A stretch of DNA of 45,307 nt from an uncultured cyanobacterium (lineage in GTDB: Bacteria > Cyanobacteriota > Cyanobacteriia > Leptolyngbyales > Leptolyngbyaceae), in contig CAVYAN010000029.1 of NCBI GenBank assembly GCA_963766075.1, forward strand, positions 1 through 45,307, written 5' to 3'. Positions within the stretch are counted from its first letter, which is position 1; every line of letters begins with the position of its first letter. This document shows positions 40,806 through 45,307 of this stretch, piece by piece. A program made the translations under genes and the position numbers. Below the pieces are notes generated by a model. It saw only the letters and a program-made list of their open reading frames with translations, was not told where the DNA came from and ran no database searches.

Positions 40806-42353
40806 TTGTCCTATCTCAATCCCTCGAAAATACCCATGCATGCTTTAACGGGGAAACCCATTTCCTTTTGGATTGACTCAACTCCCGAAACGAAGTTTCC
40901 CCGCCTGACGCAGGATGTTGTTGTCGATGTGGCCATTGTTGGTGGTGGCATTGCGGGGCTTACGGCTGCCATGCTGCTGAAAAGAGCAGGCAAAACAGTA
41001 GCTGTGCTTGAATCCAGAAAAATCGTCACAGGCGCAAGCGGTCATACAACCGCTAAAGTTACCTCTCTGCATCAATTGATTTACGCGGATCTGCTCCACA
41101 ATCTGGGCTCCAACAAAGCGCGAGTCTATGCCGAATCCAATCAGGCTGCCCTAGAACGGATCGCTAACTTTGTGCAGGAGGAGAAGATTGACTGTGACTT
41201 TAGCCGTCGCAGTGCCTATACGTTTACGGAGTCGGAATCGGGGTTGAAAAAAATTGAGGCGGAGGTGGCTGCCGCTCTTGAACTGGGATTGCCCGCTAGC
41301 TTTGTGCAGGAGACGTCGTTGCCCTTTGCGATCGCGGGAGCCGTCCGGTTCGATCATCAAGCCCAATTTCATCCCCGTAAATACTTACTGCATTTAGCCC
41401 AGTGTATTCAAGGCGATGGCAGTGCTGTGTTTGAAGAGACTCGCGTTTTAAAAGTGGATGAAGAAACAACTGCTTGCCGCGTGATCACGGATAGCCATAC
41501 AGTGACTGCCCAGGATGTTGTGATCACAACCCATCTGCCCATTTTGGACAGTGGCCTGTTTTTCGCCAAGACCCATCCCAAGCGGTCTTACCTGGTGGGG
41601 GCACGTATTGATCCCGATCGCGCCCCCGAAGGCATGTTTATTGGCAGTGGCCAGGGCTATTTCTCGATTCGGACAACGCCTGACCGCGATGGGCTACTGT
41701 TGCTCGTCGGGGGCGGCGGGCATAAGGTGGGCGAGGTTACTGATACCGAAGCACAATACCAAAAGGTCGAGGACTTTGCGCGGGCGCGTTTTGGCTTAGA
41801 TACGTTTGACTATCGCTGGTCAACCCAGGATATGGTGTCCTTTGACCAACTGCCCTACATTGGTAAGCTTACGCCGTTTAGCCATCATGTTTTTGTGGCT
41901 ACTGGGTTTAGCCTGTGGGGGATGACGAACGGAACCTTGTCTGGAATGCTACTTTCAGATTCAATCTTGGGCATCGAGAATCCTTGGGCTGCTTTGTATG
42001 ACGCAACGCGGGCGACCCCGTTTATGACTCCCGGCGGCGTTCAGCAAACGGTGAGCGTGGGGATGCATTGGGTGGGCGATCGCCTGAAAGGATTGGCTAC
42101 GCCAGACTTTTCCGATGTGGGCGTAGGTGAAGGCAAGCTCGTGACGATAGAAGGAGAAAAGCTAGCGGCCTATCGGGATGAGCAGGGCGCAGTTCACGCT
42201 GTTTCTGCGGTGTGTCCTCACTTGGGCTGCATTGTGGCCTGGAACAGTGCTGAAAAAAGTTGGGATTGCCCGTGTCACGGTTCCCGTTTCGACTGCGATG
42301 GTGCAGTGCTGGATGGCCCAGCCGTTAAAGACTTGACGGTGCATGCCCTATAA
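40806..42353 (+). CDS. FAD-dependent oxidoreductase with Rieske domain, right copy
   Basis: Same motifs; four amino-acid differences from the left copy. Confidence 0.92.
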   Translation: MSYLNPSKIPMHALTGKPISFWIDSTPETKFPRLTQDVVVDVAIVGGGIAGLTAAMLLKRAGKTVAVLESRKIVTGASGHTTAKVTSLHQLIYADLLHNLGSNKARVYAESNQAALERIANFVQEEKIDCDFSRRSAYTFTESESGLKKIEAEVAAALELGLPASFVQETSLPFAIAGAVRFDHQAQFHPRKYLLHLAQCIQGDGSAVFEETRVLKVDEETTACRVITDSHTVTAQDVVITTHLPILDSGLFFAKTHPKRSYLVGARIDPDRAPEGMFIGSGQGYFSIRTTPDRDGLLLLVGGGGHKVGEVTDTEAQYQKVEDFARARFGLDTFDYRWSTQDMVSFDQLPYIGKLTPFSHHVFVATGFSLWGMTNGTLSGMLLSDSILGIENPWAALYDATRATPFMTPGGVQQTVSVGMHWVGDRLKGLATPDFSDVGVGEGKLVTIEGEKLAAYRDEQGAVHAVSAVCPHLGCIVAWNSAEKSWDCPCHGSRFDCDGAVLDGPAVKDLTVHAL

Positions 42354-42412
42354 ACGCGCTTATTACCAAAGTGCCATTCATAACTCTGTTCTCCAAAACC
42401 TGGTAATGGACC

Positions 42413-43500
42413 ATGCTAATTCAGACCCGACTGAGACTTCATTGCCTGGAGTGATCCGTTCTGGTGATCCACACTACAGCTATGAAGAGGCAGAACAGCA
42501 ATTCAATGCATTGCTCATGTTGGAAGATTTAGACATGCAGGTCAAAAAATATCCTGAACTAATCAGTAGTTTTGAAGCCTGTCTCGCCTTGGCCTTAAGC
42601 GAGGCGTACACTGAAAATCCACAGATTGAGCCAGCCAACCAATTTTTACAGCGGTTGCTGTATCGGATTAATCGGCTGAATTTATTTTGGTACGACGCTC
42701 TAGAAGAATATACCAATGAGCGATCTTTTTACGTGGCGGGGGTCCGCGATCGGCATTGAGTCGGTCTGGCAGGCTTGGGAATTGACCCAACTGGAGGTTG
42801 AAAAAATCCGAATTTAGGGGTTAAACCCGCTTTGCAGGAACGTGCTGATCTAGACTTAAATCCGCCGATATTGAAGACAAAACGCTATCTACGAGAAGAC
42901 ATGAGCTTGGAGGGCTATCGATTGCTCTTAGCGATCGCCTCCTTGGATGGCCTCGTTGAAGCGAGTCGCCTTTCTCGCATTTTGGGCGGTGCCAGTAACG
43001 AAATTCAAGCCACTTTAATTCGGGTATTGCTGGAAGAATATGGCAATGGTCGGCTGGCGCGCAAGCACTCCACATTCTTTGCCCAAATGATGGCGGAATT
43101 AGGTCTCAAGACGGAGCCAGAAGCCTATTTCGACCAGGTACCCTGGCAAGTCTTGGCTAGCATCAACCACAACTTCTTATTGACTGAACGCAGACGCCAT
43201 TTTCTGCGCTACAACGGTGGCTTGACGTATTTTGAAATCGCTGGGCCAGCCATTTACACAGACTACCGAATGGCCGCAGAACGCTTACACCTTTCCGAGG
43301 CTGCCATGGGCTATTGGGAATTGCACATCCGGGAAGATGAACGCCATGGGCAGTGGATGCTCACAGAGGTTGCCTTCCCGTTGGCCGAGCAGTATCCCGA
43401 TCAGGCTTGGGAATTAGTCCTCGGCTACGACCAAGAAAAATTGATCGGCGATCGTGCTGCGGCTGCCGTTATTGCGCTTATTCAACGTTCCCGCTCTTAA
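42413..43500 (+). pseudogene. Heme-oxygenase-like diiron enzyme, right copy with frameshifts
   Basis: Single-base indels near 42433, 42752 and 42810 relative to the left copy. Confidence 0.8.
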
Positions 43501-43513
43501 TCAGATAAAATCT

Positions 43514-44262
43514 ATGATCATCAATCTGACTCAAGATGGATGCGATGTGATCTACCATCGCGCCCCTGCATTACTTGCAGCCCAGTTGGGTGGGCACTGG
43601 CAGCGCACTAATGCTCCCGATCTCCTTCACGAAACGTTGGCTGCAATTTCTCATCATGATGATCTAGAGAAAGAATGGAAAGGGAGTCACTTAAGTAAAA
43701 GTGGCGCACCCTAAACAACTTTACCCTCTCAAAATCGTCGCCTGACGAATCGTTAAACGCGCTCAAAAAGCACATTGAGGATTCGCGTTATCGCAGTAGT
43801 CGGTGGGGTGCCTTATTGACCTCTATGCATGCTTTTTCTGGGTCAGAATAATAAAAATCTCTCCGAAGATTGGCGGATTTTTTTAGAGACTCAAGTACAG
43901 AATCAAGAGCAGTGGCGACTGAATAGGGTGTGACACAGGATGATGCGGAACGCAGCTGTCAGTTTATGCACTAGTTATGCACTAGTGCGATCGCCTATCC
44001 CTAATTCTGGCCCAGCAGCAAGTCCCTGAAGATGGCCGAGTCTTGGAAATTGCCCCTTCGATCGACCAGCAGCGCTACGATCTGCGTCAGGTAGAAAATG
44101 GACGTTTAACTCCATCCTTGACCCTTTGAAACAGATGAATTTACCGTGAATGTCGATTCCGCCCATTTATCGCAACTGAAATGTGAAAGCGATGATGCCT
44201 TAACAATAGCTCTTAAGCAAGCCTCAGTTAAAAGTGTGGAATGGACATTCACCAAACAATAA
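43514..44262 (+). pseudogene. DUF3891-like protein, degraded (right copy)
   Basis: Stop at 43712-43714; 11-bp duplication TTATGCACTAG at 43964-43985. Confidence 0.65.
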
Positions 44263-44291
44263 TCGCCTAACCCGTAATCGATGAGCGTGAC

Positions 44292-45065
44292 ATGAAACAA
44301 TCTTTATCGCATCTTCAACCCGTCGTTAGACTCAATCCATCGGATCAGGGTCGTCAAGAAGTTTTCTTTTGCCCTGAAAAATCCCTATTTTACTCTCAAT
44401 GCTTAGACCGAATGGTATTGAATATCTGTAAAGATTCCACTGCTATTGTGGAGTTTGGCTCAGGTGAAGGCAGCCCGGTGATCAATAGCTTATTAAAGAA
44501 TCAATTTAATGGCCTAATTAATGGCTATGAATTGAATTCTAAAGCATGTGAAGTTGCTCGATCGCGAATTGAATATCATCGCCTTAGCCATAAATACGTG
44601 ATTCACAACACGTCCTTTTTTGAGCAAGGGGATTTTGAGCAAGGCGACCAATCTAAGGAAACTTACTTGATTGCTAATCCACCTTATCTACCAGCAATCA
44701 ATAATGATCTGTACATCCCCGACTTGCATGGGGGAACTGATGGCTCGGCCATCACAAAGCAGCTTCTAGCGGTGGGTTACGAGAGCGCTATGCTAATGAT
44801 TTCCGCCTATTCTGATCCAGTTGGGACCATTGAGTATGCAATTAATCAAGGCTATCAAGTGGATGATTTTATTACATCTCCAATGAGTTTTGGATACTAC
44901 AGTTCTGAACCCAAGGTGAAGTGGAGAATCGCCCAACTTCGCAAGCATGGAAAAGCTTTCTACTCTCAAAATATTTACATTCTGGCAGGCGTTCTGTTTA
45001 GAAAACGCCATGAACTAAAACCCGATCTGTCTGCGGAACTGATTAAATCATTGACTGCACTATGA
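44292..45065 (+). CDS. SAM-dependent methyltransferase (right copy)
   Basis: EFGSGEG, ANPPY; three amino-acid differences from the left copy. Confidence 0.85.
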   Translation: MKQSLSHLQPVVRLNPSDQGRQEVFFCPEKSLFYSQCLDRMVLNICKDSTAIVEFGSGEGSPVINSLLKNQFNGLINGYELNSKACEVARSRIEYHRLSHKYVIHNTSFFEQGDFEQGDQSKETYLIANPPYLPAINNDLYIPDLHGGTDGSAITKQLLAVGYESAMLMISAYSDPVGTIEYAINQGYQVDDFITSPMSFGYYSSEPKVKWRIAQLRKHGKAFYSQNIYILAGVLFRKRHELKPDLSAELIKSLTAL

Positions 45066-45307
45066 GAATACGATGGAAGCTTTTTATCGATTTAAATCTC
45101 TTTTATAAAAAAGGGATTTAATCAAAAGCGATCTCCCAAGACACCTCATGTTTAGTCAGGGGGTTTTTTAGCTTTAGGCAACCCGTTCAGGCGGTTGCAG
45201 CCATCGAGGGTTCAAATTCTGAAGCCTAGAACGGCTTATTCTCGTATATTCACAAAATGTCGAGATTTAGAATAAAACAGCGCTGTAAACCCCGCTAGTT
45301 ACATCCT

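Larger units (their letters stand above)
30876..45307. repeat. Giant inverted repeat, arms 30876-38089 and 38099-45307
   Basis: Mirror-image gene order; window end CCCGCTAGTTACATCCT is the reverse complement of 30876 AGGATGTAACTAGCGGG; apex ...TTTCGGGTA-TGAATTGAT-TACCCGAAA... Confidence 0.97.

Noticed and set aside
30876..45307. Composite transposon or invertible segment explaining the inverted arms
   Set aside because: The arms are ordinary genes, the spacer is only 9 nt, and no transposase or invertase lies at the apex or in the arms.

Overview
This is cyanobacterial chromosomal DNA: HIP1 GCGATCGC octamers are frequent, and it carries an HLIP, cyanophycinase, crtD, fibrillin, mraY and tRNA-Ser(GCT). 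It has four parts. (1) 1-6.3 kb and 13.8-23.2 kb are ordinary core or conserved genes; two carry single-base frameshifts that may be sequencing errors. (2) 6.8-13.3 kb is a nested stack of six insertion sequences that can be rebuilt base by base. An ISAzo13-like remnant is cut by an IS1. The IS1 contains an IS630 (TA duplication) and an IS5/IS1031 (TAA duplication). The IS5 in turn contains an ISKra4-like element (8-bp duplication) and a DUF6399-type element (7-bp duplication, imperfect 23-bp inverted ends). (3) 23.2-38.1 kb looks like a stress/storage/iron-redox island: lipid kinase, a lone cyanophycinase, a 1086-aa repeat protein, an HLIP, and a co-oriented run of YeaQ-like protein, rubredoxin, Fet4-like permease, FAD/Rieske oxidoreductase, heme-oxygenase-like diiron enzyme, a DUF3891-like pseudogene and a SAM methyltransferase. 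(4) 30876-45307 is a giant inverted repeat with arms of about 7.2 kb, apex near 38094, and a right arm that runs off the window end. It could be a read-through of a hairpin end, a fold-back assembly artefact, or a real inverted duplication. The arms differ both by error-like indels and by a patch of synonymous substitutions. Family names are from motif recognition, not database searches.
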